Notes under the pieces: model-generated
Told to the model about the DNA's origin: nothing
Databases searched by the model: none
The model's input: only the letters and a program-made list of their open reading frames with translations
Source of the DNA: Diplonema japonicum
Lineage: Eukaryota > Protista > Euglenozoa: Diplonemea
Direction: 5' to 3'
NCBI GenBank assembly: GCA_964019335.1
Contig: OZ025675.1
Location: 564,177-628,176, forward strand
Length of the DNA stretch: 64,000 bases
Part shown: in pieces, positions 54,885-64,000 of the stretch
Position numbering within the stretch: position 1 is the first letter of the stretch
How the letters are laid out: the number at the start of each line of letters is the position of its first letter
Translations under genes and position numbers: made by a program

Positions 54885-57119
54885 TCACAACGAGGTGATC
54901 GAGTCTTGAAGCAGGTCTGCTACGACACGCAGTACGGCATCGTCCCCCGCATGCTGTCGGATCGTCTCGATTTCATGGTTAGAGAAGGCTGAAGCGTAAG
55001 AGGTGGACCAGCCCCAGGACTCCCCTGGGTCATTGTCTCTTGTGTCAAGCTGATAGACCAATATAGTGTCACTTGCACTGTTGATCTGCCCGACAGGCCG
55101 CGAGAAGAATTGAAGAGACACCTTAGCAGCTTCATCGCACGCAAACGAAGCACTAATGCCCAGCTCATGGTTAAGCCGCATAACCGCAATGCATCTCTGG
55201 AGGGCTGGACCCAAGGTCACGTAAAATCGTGTTTTCGCCGACCCAACGGCACCGTAGGATGCAGGGCCCGTTCCCACTCCCGTCACAACCAGGCCTTCCC
55301 AGCATGAGCCTGTTCTGCACAAAATTGTATGCAAGGACGAAGTGAAGTACACCGCCTCTAAGACATGCGACGCACACTCATGTTGCAAATTCCACCCCAA
55401 CGACACCTCAGTGCCTGTCACCGCCACCACTGTCCCACCGCTTTGCTCCACCAAGCTGCACACTGTGCTCAACAGCTCGCTCAGCTGCCCGTCGTTCTCG
55501 GTCTCCTCGCTTTTCATGGACATCAAGACCAAGCTCGCCGACTGCGTTGTCTGCAGCATCCTGTCTTCGTGTTTTGCAAGGCTCCACATCCTTCGCGGTG
55601 AAGTCACCACGGGTGAGCAAGCGGCTGACTTCTTTTTGCTCATTGTATCTATGATCTCAGGTGTGCGATTCGCCAAGGAGTGCGGCAGGATGAGGTAAAC
55701 TATGGTCCCGCCTGAAATACCCTTCAAGGACATCCCCCCCAGGTCACGGATGTAGCAGTCCTTGTCTGTGAGGAGATCTCGCACGACCTGGGTCACATAG
55801 ATGCCTCCGCCAGCACCGCAGCCCTCAACGCGAGCAGTCATATTGACGAGCTGACCGTGGTAGTCGAAACGGGAGGTGAGGGGGTTCAACTCTGGTGTCG
55901 CGTCACCGTAGTGGACACCTATGCGGATGCGGAGGCCGTTCCATATACCACCTTGTGTGCAGCATGCTGAAATGTCCTTCAAGCTGTCGTCCCAGGAGTG
56001 CGTGAACAGTAAGGTTTGGGCTTGTAAGGCAAACTTCACGGCCTCTTCAGCACAGTCGAAGGCAGCCATGAACGAGTCGCCGATGGTCTTCACCTCGTAG
56101 CCGTTCCACTCGATGAGGCATTGCCGTATGATGGCATTGTGGTCTGCTAGGGCATCCCGCATCTTCTCCCTCACAGCCTCCCAGATCACAGTTGACGACT
56201 CGATGTCGGTGAAAACGATGGCTGCGGTTTTACTGATGGCACCAGGCGGTTGAGACCGCAGCACCGGCGTGCTGGATTTCGATAGAGTCCTCTTGACTTC
56301 GAAGATGCCCGTGGGCAGGTACGGCCGGTAGTTCTCGAGGTTCGACAGAAGCTGGTAGAGGACATTCGTTATTTGCGAAGGCGGCACCATCGACAAGACC
56401 TCGCCTGCCTTCTCCAAGTCGAAGTCTACCATTGCATTGGCCACACTTTCCGTGGCCAGCAAGCCGTTTTCAAGCATTTCTTTTTCACGCTCCACCCTCT
56501 TCACGAACCGCCTTGTGTTATTAAAGTTGAACAGAACAACGCACAGCTGCAGGGCGGCGCTCGTCAGCATGATAGGGATTCCCACGGCACACGGCGGTTT
56601 CTCGCATGCCGTTGCTTCCCGCCGCTCCCCTTCAGATGCTGTCAGTAAAGGGATGTCAAAAAGCCCGAAACGCACCATTATTTCTACCGACCGAAGGCTA
56701 ATCCAGAACAGAAACACCCCCGTAAAAGCCATGAGAACACGGTCGGGAAACCGCATGATAACGAGGGTGTCAAGAATGACGATGAACAGGGGCCAGGTTC
56801 CCTCGGACAGGAGCGACTGGAAGTACATGTCGCTGAGGGCCACACATGTGGACATGACTGTAAAGTAAAAGATCACGATTCGGGGCTCCAACCGCTTCGT
56901 GTATATCATGTAGCCCAGCACACTCGCGGACACGATGCCTGCAAAGACCACCACCAGGAACGTCGGAGAGACTTCGCCGTTCGTCGCGATAGAGATCAGG
57001 CGAAGGATTGCCATCAGCATCGACACCACGCAGTACCATAGAACCAAACTCTTCCGCTTCTCCATCTCCTCTCCGTCCCTTGGGCTGTGAATTAGCCCAC
57101 GAAGCCACATTAGGGGCAT
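54885..57119 (-). CDS. Multi-pass membrane class III adenylate cyclase with a second, degenerate cyclase-like domain
   Basis: About 6 hydrophobic helices. IVFTDIESST, EVKTIGDSFM, RIRIGVHYG and FDYHGQLVNMTARVE show intact metal-binding Asp, ATP-selective Lys/Asp and catalytic Asn/Arg. Confidence 0.92.
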   Translation of the reverse strand: MPLMWLRGLIHSPRDGEEMEKRKSLVLWYCVVSMLMAILRLISIATNGEVSPTFLVVVFAGIVSASVLGYMIYTKRLEPRIVIFYFTVMSTCVALSDMYFQSLLSEGTWPLFIVILDTLVIMRFPDRVLMAFTGVFLFWISLRSVEIMVRFGLFDIPLLTASEGERREATACEKPPCAVGIPIMLTSAALQLCVVLFNFNNTRRFVKRVEREKEMLENGLLATESVANAMVDFDLEKAGEVLSMVPPSQITNVLYQLLSNLENYRPYLPTGIFEVKRTLSKSSTPVLRSQPPGAISKTAAIVFTDIESSTVIWEAVREKMRDALADHNAIIRQCLIEWNGYEVKTIGDSFMAAFDCAEEAVKFALQAQTLLFTHSWDDSLKDISACCTQGGIWNGLRIRIGVHYGDATPELNPLTSRFDYHGQLVNMTARVEGCGAGGGIYVTQVVRDLLTDKDCYIRDLGGMSLKGISGGTIVYLILPHSLANRTPEIIDTMSKKKSAACSPVVTSPRRMWSLAKHEDRMLQTTQSASLVLMSMKSEETENDGQLSELLSTVCSLVEQSGGTVVAVTGTEVSLGWNLQHECASHVLEAVYFTSSLHTILCRTGSCWEGLVVTGVGTGPASYGAVGSAKTRFYVTLGPALQRCIAVMRLNHELGISASFACDEAAKVSLQFFSRPVGQINSASDTILVYQLDTRDNDPGESWGWSTSYASAFSNHEIETIRQHAGDDAVLRVVADLLQDSITSL

Positions 57120-57315
57120 TTTGCTGTACTTGTCGATAGACAACAGCACACCCGCCCCCGCCTTTTTTTTTTTTTGTATTATTTTCAGTCGTTTGGAAGG
57201 TTTTAAAAAAAAGAATGGGGCGGGGGGAGGGGGGGGGGGGGGGTAGGAAAAAACGCACCTGAAAAAAAAAAGGAGAGAAACTGGGCATTTCTTATACTTT
57301 TCAAAAAAAAAAAGT

Positions 57316-57346
<31 letters not shown>

Positions 57347-57684
57347 CTCCCCGCGAAAAAAAAGGAGGGAAAAAACAAAAGGTGGGAAGAAAACACGAGG
57401 AGAGATTTTCATTTGGCCGGCGATAATATCAAACGCATATGGTTTAAAAATGATAATAAAATTCTGTATTCTCTTTTGTGCCGAGTAAGGATTTTCTACT
57501 GCCGATAACCCGTGTCCTTTTTCCAAGCGTCTAGTGGCATGCAGCCCGGCCTGCCAAAACCAAAAACGGTAGTCGCTTAAGAACCCAAGGTAAAAGCTTC
57601 ATCCCTGAGACACGAGTGGTTGCATGAACTTCCAAAAGAAAAGAAGAAAAAACAGGTTTTGTCAGTGTGGCTGATAGGATTTTC

Positions 57685-58152
57685 TATTTCACTCTTCGTC
57701 ATTTCAGCCTTCATTTAACGCGAAACGGCCATAATTTAACTAGTTAGTTGAGATTTTGGAGTTATATTATATAAGGGGCTTCAGAGTGAAAAAATGGGTC
57801 TTGTCGTAGAAAAAATGTACCCAACTTGAAAGCTTTTTTGGGGGTGGGGTATTTTTAACTATTTTTGGCCATCTGAGGCCATTCCGGCCCTTAAAAGTGG
57901 GAATAAGTGCTTTACTTCCCCTTCAAATGCCACGGCGAAATAGCTACCGTATAACCTTAGGAAAATCCCCAAAAAGGCTGACCTGCGTGAAAAAAACAGC
58001 AGTGAAAGCAGTGAAGAGGGAGTGACTCAAATGACGAAGAGTGAAATAAAACGACTTACTTGCCGCCAATGAGCCATTACTTAACACTCGTGCAAAGATT
58101 CGGGAACTCGAGTTAAATAATGACCCATTTATTTGTTAGCATATAAATAGCT
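57685..58152 (-). mobile_element. Second copy of the asymmetric-IR element
   Basis: Reverse complement of 20841-21412 with internal deletions, including the hairpin core. Confidence 0.8.
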
Positions 58153-58397
58153 ATTTTTTTGATTGGGTTTCTTTTTTTTTTCTTGTTTTTTCTGTTTTTT
58201 ACTCAACGTTCAAGGTTTTTCAGTACCTCCCTTCGTCAGTTTCGACTTGCCAAGCCATTATCACCAACAGGTGAAATGGATGCGTTTAGAGATGTGAATG
58301 AGACTGGATTCGGGGGTTAGGGTGGGGGATAAAGTTTATGACTCGGCTTTTATTCGTTACACTCCTTTCAAAAGAAGGTATCATATCTGAGCCATTT

Positions 58398-58433
<36 letters not shown>

Positions 58434-58568
58434 AAATTAACATGCAAGCTCCCTGAGACGAAAGCCGCATGCCCTAAAAAGGGGAAGGGGGTATGGTCAG
58501 TACTAGGTAGCTCTCAGTTTGGCGAGAGGCACCCCAATGGCTCCCTACTAAAAAAAGAATCGAAGGTA

Positions 58569-59570
58569 TCACAACAACAACAAAGCAACTAAGAGGACCA
58601 CTGCAAGGGAAACACGGGGAGTCCCAACACTGCCCGACTCAGATTCCTTACCGTGCAGTTCATCCCAGGAGACACCGGTGGCGGTGAGCTTTTCACGCAT
58701 CTGCAACTCAAGGAACTCACACGCGATCTCTTCTGTGAGAGGCGCCTTCAAAGAGAACCGGAAAGAAATATCATGCTCTCCCTCAAACAAAGTAGTAGCA
58801 CACCCACCCTCATAATGAACTGTTGCATCCCAGAGAGACGTGACCCGCTCAGTGCACTTCTCATCTGCATAGACAAGTTCAGATGTCGCGTATTGGTAAG
58901 TGTTGCCCACCTTTCTGCATGCCGCCATGCTTCTCTTGAATGACGAGGAGTACGAACACGTGTCCTGTTTGAACTCTCTGCAGCAGCCTGTACAATGTGG
59001 GTCGTTGGCGCAAGTCAACGGTGCATGCTGGACTAGAGTCGTGGAGTATAACGGGTCTGAACAGTTCGTGTTCACCCAAACCTCGTGAATGATGCCTCCC
59101 TCGCGCAGAGCCTCCTCATGGCGGGTCACTATGCATAGATCGTCTGGTGAAAGGTTCGGTTCAAATTTGATGGATCCCAGTGGGTACCGCATGCACGGCA
59201 ACGACATGTGTGTTCTGATAGGGGTGCCTGAGCAGTTCTGTGATGTCCCGTAGTATTCTATCGTAGCCTGTTTTGCTTTGTCGCCAGAAGGTTCGCACGC
59301 GTCGGCGTTCAGTTTCAACTTAATGGAGTACTGTAGTGTGCTGTGCGTCAGGCATCTGTTTATCATCCAGCCCTGGATGAAGTCGTGGTCTTTGAAAGGT
59401 GCCACGTCACCGTTTGTCGCAGACGCAGACCACAAGTGGGACTCGGGGTCGACATCGCCGCTGCAGTCGGCCGACGAATAAAACTTGGGAATGGTAACGA
59501 TCATGGCATTCTGCTGTGCCGCCGCCAAGACAGGCAGGCTGGTCAGTACAGCAAGGCTCTTGAGAAACAT
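58569..59570 (-). CDS. Cys-rich secreted, probably GPI-anchored surface protein
   Basis: Signal peptide MFLKSLAVLTSLPVLAAA, recurring [YW]...C[ST] units, and a Ser/Gly spacer before a hydrophobic C-terminus with no tail. Confidence 0.75.
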   Translation of the reverse strand: MFLKSLAVLTSLPVLAAAQQNAMIVTIPKFYSSADCSGDVDPESHLWSASATNGDVAPFKDHDFIQGWMINRCLTHSTLQYSIKLKLNADACEPSGDKAKQATIEYYGTSQNCSGTPIRTHMSLPCMRYPLGSIKFEPNLSPDDLCIVTRHEEALREGGIIHEVWVNTNCSDPLYSTTLVQHAPLTCANDPHCTGCCREFKQDTCSYSSSFKRSMAACRKVGNTYQYATSELVYADEKCTERVTSLWDATVHYEGGCATTLFEGEHDISFRFSLKAPLTEEIACEFLELQMREKLTATGVSWDELHGKESESGSVGTPRVSLAVVLLVALLLL

Positions 59571-60616
59571 ATTGAGGGTTTTTCTTTTTTTTTTTTTTCT
59601 TTTTTTTTTTTCTGTTTCTACTGTGATGATGGTCTACAAAGGGAAAGAAAAACCTGAATGTTTTTTTTTTTTTTTTTTTTTTTTTTTCCTTCTTTTTTTT
59701 TTCCTTTTTTTTTTCTGCTGTCAAAGGTGAAGACATGTATGATGGCATCAGGCCGAGCAACAAGACACGGCTCTTTGAGGCAAGAACAAGTTGAAGAAGT
59801 ACACGAGAGTAGAGCGCCCCTCCACAACTCGTCACCCTTTCCCCCATGGGAGTAGATGTTGAAACAGAAGGGCAAGGCATAAAGAAGAAAAAGAAAGATG
59901 AGCAGAGGGCGTATGGAGAGGACGTCTTCTGAAAGGCAAAGGGAGCAACCCTCACACTGCGATACAACCGCAGCAGACTGCAGACCTCATCAGTTCAACC
60001 GATGAGATGATCGCACAGGCCAAGTAAGTAATTAGAATAGTGGGGGGGGGGGGGGGGGGAGAATTTACCTCCTGGAAAAAGAAAAAGAGAGGTATGAAAT
60101 AAGAGGAGCGCCATGAAGAAGAAGAAAGAAGTTAAGAATACTAATATAAAGAAAAGAAATAGTGAGCAGCAACCTTATTTATCAGTGGTGCCCAAATTTT
60201 TCCCACGTTACTAACCCCACCCCCAAAAGGAAAGAAAGAAAAAGAAGGGGGGGGAAAGAAAAAGAAAAAAAAAACGTAACTAAGGCAAGACTTGTAATCA
60301 TTGCTCTTGGCGTACGAGAACGCTGAAAATGTAGTGGCTGTATGTACATAGAGAGTTGAACTTGTGGAAACAAGATTAAAACAGCAGCATACAGCCCTCT
60401 CCTAGTATCAGGATGGAAACAAGAACCCTTCCTAGCAGAAGGACGGAGCACTCGCCCACCTTGCACACCCTCGAATTCACTCCCTGTCGCATCACATGGA
60501 GCAAGCCACCTCTTCTAGGGGTGTGGGGGCTCCCTTCTTGGGAAAATATGGCCAATGGGGAGTTAATTGTGCTTGGCGCATCCAAAGTTGATGGTTGAAC
60601 CCCATCCCTCAATGAA

Positions 60617-62356
60617 TTACTGCAGAGTGTCCATCCTTAGCATGACGTGTCGATCAGAGATGCCATTCCTTCCTTGGCTGCCCTGATTCCGCTGTTTTGA
60701 CGTTTGATCCACTTGCTCTACTTCGACCAGTTTCGCTATCTCGCGTCCTGCTGCCGTCTCCGTGTCGTGTTCACCTCGATTTTCTTTTTTTTTTCCTGAG
60801 CTGCTGCTGTTCCGTGCGCGAAGCGTGCCCTCTGACCCATATGCAGAATGTATGGCCGTTTCGTCAAGGCAAAGATTGGACAGAACACAGACGGCCATGC
60901 AACAGCACACCACGATGTCACCTAAGGGCACCAGACAACGAGGGGCCATCGAAATAGTTTTAGACAAGCATATCGACTCTGTTGCCTCAGAAATGCATAG
61001 CCGTTCGTGCGAAGGCGAGATCGCACAGGTCTCAAACCACCCCACTGTAGATGGCGACGTGGGTCGGGAAGACCAATCTGCCATGTCGACTTCTGCGCTG
61101 CAGACTTGCGTTGACTGCGCTAGTGGAAGGACTGCAACTACTGCCGCCGCTGCTGCTTCTGATGCTTGTTTTTCAGGCGAAGTTGCAACGCAAGGCAGCA
61201 TGCTCACAGCCGCCGTCACCGCTGATAACTTCGCAAGCCGCTCTGTAATGGACAGGGCGGCAACGATACCACAGATGCAGATGGGGGCGGTTTCGAGGAG
61301 CGCCGACACCCGAATCTTGTCCAAGACAGCGGAGGCTGCGACAGCCGCCCCTAATCCAACAGAGGTCAGAATGGAAACTGTTGCGGTCGCGTGTTCTGCA
61401 GACAGAAGTGTGCATAGAACGGCGACAGCCACAGCGGGCAATGTGCACAGCCGCGTCTCGACAGCCAGGGCTGCAGCCGCCCCAGAGAGAAATACGGAGA
61501 GCGTCGCGGGCACAGCTGCGTCGAAGCTGGTGTTCACAGATGACAGCACAACGGTGACGCCAGCGAAGGAAGCGAGGGATGCCTGGAGCCTCTTGTCAAG
61601 CACCACAACTGCGGCCGCACTGCTGACACAGATCATGGACATCGCTGCACTGGGTGTTGCGGGAGGTGTTGCAGCTGTGCTGGTGATCAGTGTCGTGGGC
61701 GAATCAACGGTCGGGGGCTGCGTGGTGCAGTGGGCGGAATCGGGGCCGAGATCAAGAGCAGGAGCAGGAACAGCGGGAGTAGAGAGGAGTAAGGCGAAGT
61801 ACAGAGCAGAAAGCACATGTGCCTCAGCATGGTGCCCCACAGCGAGGGCCAAGGCCCCTTCGTCCGACGCAGTGACAAGGGTCAGCAAGGCAGAGACCAC
61901 GGCAGCTTTTTTAGTACGCAGCTTCAAACCCCGCTGGCGCCTGTACCTGATGTTCGTGCAGCACGCAGCAATGGCCCCCACTACCACCAGCGAAACCATG
62001 CAAGGTTGCTTCCATACAACGTATCGCCTGAAGACAGGCACAGGCCGTCTCCTTCTTGGCGGAGGCCGTGGTGTAACTATGTGAGCTTCACTCTTGCACT
62101 TGCTCTTGTCTTTGTCCTTGTTTTGTGCTTCGATGCAATTGTTTATAATTTCAGCCTGCCCAGGAAAATCCTGACGTTTCCTTTCTTTCACCTTCACATC
62201 CAGGAACGTGATGGACCTCCTTCGTATCCACCAAGCGAGGCCGGCATCATGGAGCAGCTTCTGCACTCTCCGTCCCACCGCTGGTACCGATTTAGGCTCA
62301 GTGGGTAAGGGCACCTTCGTTTCGCCTTGCTCGATCACCATCTTTTTAGCTGTCAT
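60617..62356 (-). CDS. Hypothetical multi-pass membrane protein
   Basis: Long GC-richer ORF with many Ala/Val/Leu hydrophobic segments, on the same strand as all neighbours. No motif was recognised, and the ends are uncertain. Confidence 0.5.
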   Translation of the reverse strand: MTAKKMVIEQGETKVPLPTEPKSVPAVGRRVQKLLHDAGLAWWIRRRSITFLDVKVKERKRQDFPGQAEIINNCIEAQNKDKDKSKCKSEAHIVTPRPPPRRRRPVPVFRRYVVWKQPCMVSLVVVGAIAACCTNIRYRRQRGLKLRTKKAAVVSALLTLVTASDEGALALAVGHHAEAHVLSALYFALLLSTPAVPAPALDLGPDSAHCTTQPPTVDSPTTLITSTAATPPATPSAAMSMICVSSAAAVVVLDKRLQASLASFAGVTVVLSSVNTSFDAAVPATLSVFLSGAAAALAVETRLCTLPAVAVAVLCTLLSAEHATATVSILTSVGLGAAVAASAVLDKIRVSALLETAPICICGIVAALSITERLAKLSAVTAAVSMLPCVATSPEKQASEAAAAAVVAVLPLAQSTQVCSAEVDMADWSSRPTSPSTVGWFETCAISPSHERLCISEATESICLSKTISMAPRCLVPLGDIVVCCCMAVCVLSNLCLDETAIHSAYGSEGTLRARNSSSSGKKKENRGEHDTETAAGREIAKLVEVEQVDQTSKQRNQGSQGRNGISDRHVMLRMDTLQ

Positions 62357-62954
62357 TGAATTTTTAGAAAGAGGCAAGAGGGGGGGAGGCAATGAAAGGG
62401 GAGAGGATGAGAGGGGAGAGGAATAAAAAAACAATTACGTGCTACGCATCTCATCGTTAAGAACACGAACTCGTTTTGGTCCCTTCTTCCCAAGGAAGAG
62501 GCGGGCATCTTTGCGATACACGCTCAGCCTCTTCCTCCTTTTTTTCTTTACCTTCCACTTCACAAGAGAGACAAAAAGAAATAATAGAACGCTTCATATC
62601 TCGGCGGGAATGGGCTCAGCTCGTGACGCCCTGCGAGGCATTTATTATGGAGTTTTCAGAACTCCTCCGAATGTCCTCCTCCAGGTGTGCAACGAACACT
62701 GGCTGTGACCCTTCCGGGATATGATTTGTAAAAAAAAAAAAGGTTTTACAAATAAAATAAAACACTGCGGGGAGAAAGTGTTTTTCGCAAACTTACTCAA
62801 GGAGTACAGCACTCGTTTCCATGAGAAGAAAAAAAAAGGGGGGGGGGCAGTTATATTTGACTACGAAAACGACGGGAGAGGGGACAACGTTAATTTCAGG
62901 GGAGGGGGGGGGGGGGGGGGGTATGCGTTGACCAAAGAAAGAAAAAAAGAAATT

Positions 62955-64000
62955 CTACGGGCAGCTCTTATCGCAGTTCTCAGGGGGGGTGAAGAGGGAG
63001 CTGGCCTGGGGACCGGGCTTCCAGGTGGGCACGTTGAAGTCCCACTGCTTCAACTTCCCGTTCTTGTGCTCCATGTAACGCACTGGTGTACGGAAGTCGT
63101 TGGCCATCGCGTAGTAGTGGTTATCGGAAGCACCCTGCTTGAACCACTCGTCGACGGTGTACCCGCGAACCGTGGTGCGGCCCACGTAGGTACCACCACC
63201 GTTTTGCAGCCAGTTGGACTTCACGGCGCCCCATGATCCTCTGTTGCGAATGCAGCAGATGGACTCGGACTGCACGTACGTGAACCCGTTCGTGGCAAAG
63301 ATGACGGTGCAGGGCTTCAAAGTGGGCGTTGCGCCCCTGCACACCTCGTCGTCCTGCCCAGCAAGGTGCTCATAACGAGAGGCCTTGACCTCATCATCAT
63401 AGTAGTACTTAAACTGCCATGTTGGGTGGGCAGGTGAGTCAGAGATATCAGTCATGTTAACCAAAACAGAGTACTGTCTTGTCTGGTTGTTCCCACCCCA
63501 ACGCGGCGCTCCTGAGTCGTTCGTAGCACGCACTGTGCCTGACGGGGAGTCGTACTTTGCGTAGTGGCACGAAGTGCAGGAGGCCTGCAGGTTGTATACC
63601 TCGTCGTCGGTCTCGATGGGCCCGCCTGCTGGCATTAAAGGAAGTGTCACGCCCTCCTTGTTGAGGGTGTCCCTTGCCTCAGTCGGGATGTGGTGTGCCC
63701 AGAGCATCAGAATTTGAGCGCATTTTCCGTCGCGGCTTGTTCCTTCGGTGTTGACGTAGCCTCGTTTGTCCTTTGTGGCCTTGTAGATCCTCACTAGCTC
63801 CTCGTCTCTGTGGGTTAGAACCTTTTCGGTAATGTCATCAAGCTGCTCGTGGGTGAATGCCTCGCATGGTGCGACCCTGTGCCCGCCCTTCACCATGTAC
63901 TGGCTGATCGACTCAAACACTTCGTGTTTCGTCTCTGCTAGCAAGCCTGACGACTTCCTTGGCTTCATCATCCTGGCACGGACCAGGTCGCTCGTCCCGC
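62955..64000 (-). CDS. Ependymin-related (EPDR/LolA-like fold) protein; 5' end probably outside the window
   Basis: The C-terminal pattern CC....GAVKSNWL...TYVGRTTVRG..VDEW.K....YY...PVR...WDF...LFTPP..C is typical of protist/plant EPDR-like proteins. The frame is open to the window edge. Confidence 0.6.
   Translation of the reverse strand, partial: GTSDLVRARMMKPRKSSGLLAETKHEVFESISQYMVKGGHRVAPCEAFTHEQLDDITEKVLTHRDEELVRIYKATKDKRGYVNTEGTSRDGKCAQILMLWAHHIPTEARDTLNKEGVTLPLMPAGGPIETDDEVYNLQASCTSCHYAKYDSPSGTVRATNDSGAPRWGGNNQTRQYSVLVNMTDISDSPAHPTWQFKYYYDDEVKASRYEHLAGQDDEVCRGATPTLKPCTVIFATNGFTYVQSESICCIRNRGSWGAVKSNWLQNGGGTYVGRTTVRGYTVDEWFKQGASDNHYYAMANDFRTPVRYMEHKNGKLKQWDFNVPTWKPGPQASSLFTPPENCDKSCP

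Noticed and set aside
60762-62084. 440-aa plus-strand ORF
   Set aside because: It is antisense to a longer ORF on the strand used by all other genes and has no motif. It is not fully excluded without expression data.

Overview
Eukaryotic nuclear DNA, most consistent with a diplonemid or related euglenozoan (inference). Every intact host gene lies on the minus strand, as in a polycistronic unit. Introns are short GT...AG types, there are receptor-type class III cyclases, and an LSU rRNA fragment has a euglenozoan-like CCTAACCTAG signature. About 14 host genes are supported: two paralogous giant CAP + EGF-like-repeat surface proteins, two secreted sulfatases, an LVIVD-like propeller, a tandem-PstS/pseudo-cyclase receptor, a WG-repeat DEAD-box helicase, an NTF2-like/zinc-finger protein, a RING protein, a ubiquitin-like/ankyrin/AT-hook protein, a multi-TM adenylate cyclase, a GPI-like Cys-rich protein, an unknown membrane protein and an ependymin-related protein. 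Intergenic DNA is homopolymer-rich and full of mobile elements: one near-complete APE+RT non-LTR retrotransposon with a 2A-like motif and several 5'-truncated relatives, a decayed piggyBac, a MULE derivative, and non-autonomous repeat families. The strongest novelty candidates are the Argonaute-hook-like helicase, the phosphate-binding pseudo-cyclase receptor, the A/C-rich mini-intron grammar, the 2A-like retroelement and an intronic antisense 28S fragment. All calls come from manual motif reading, and no searches were run.
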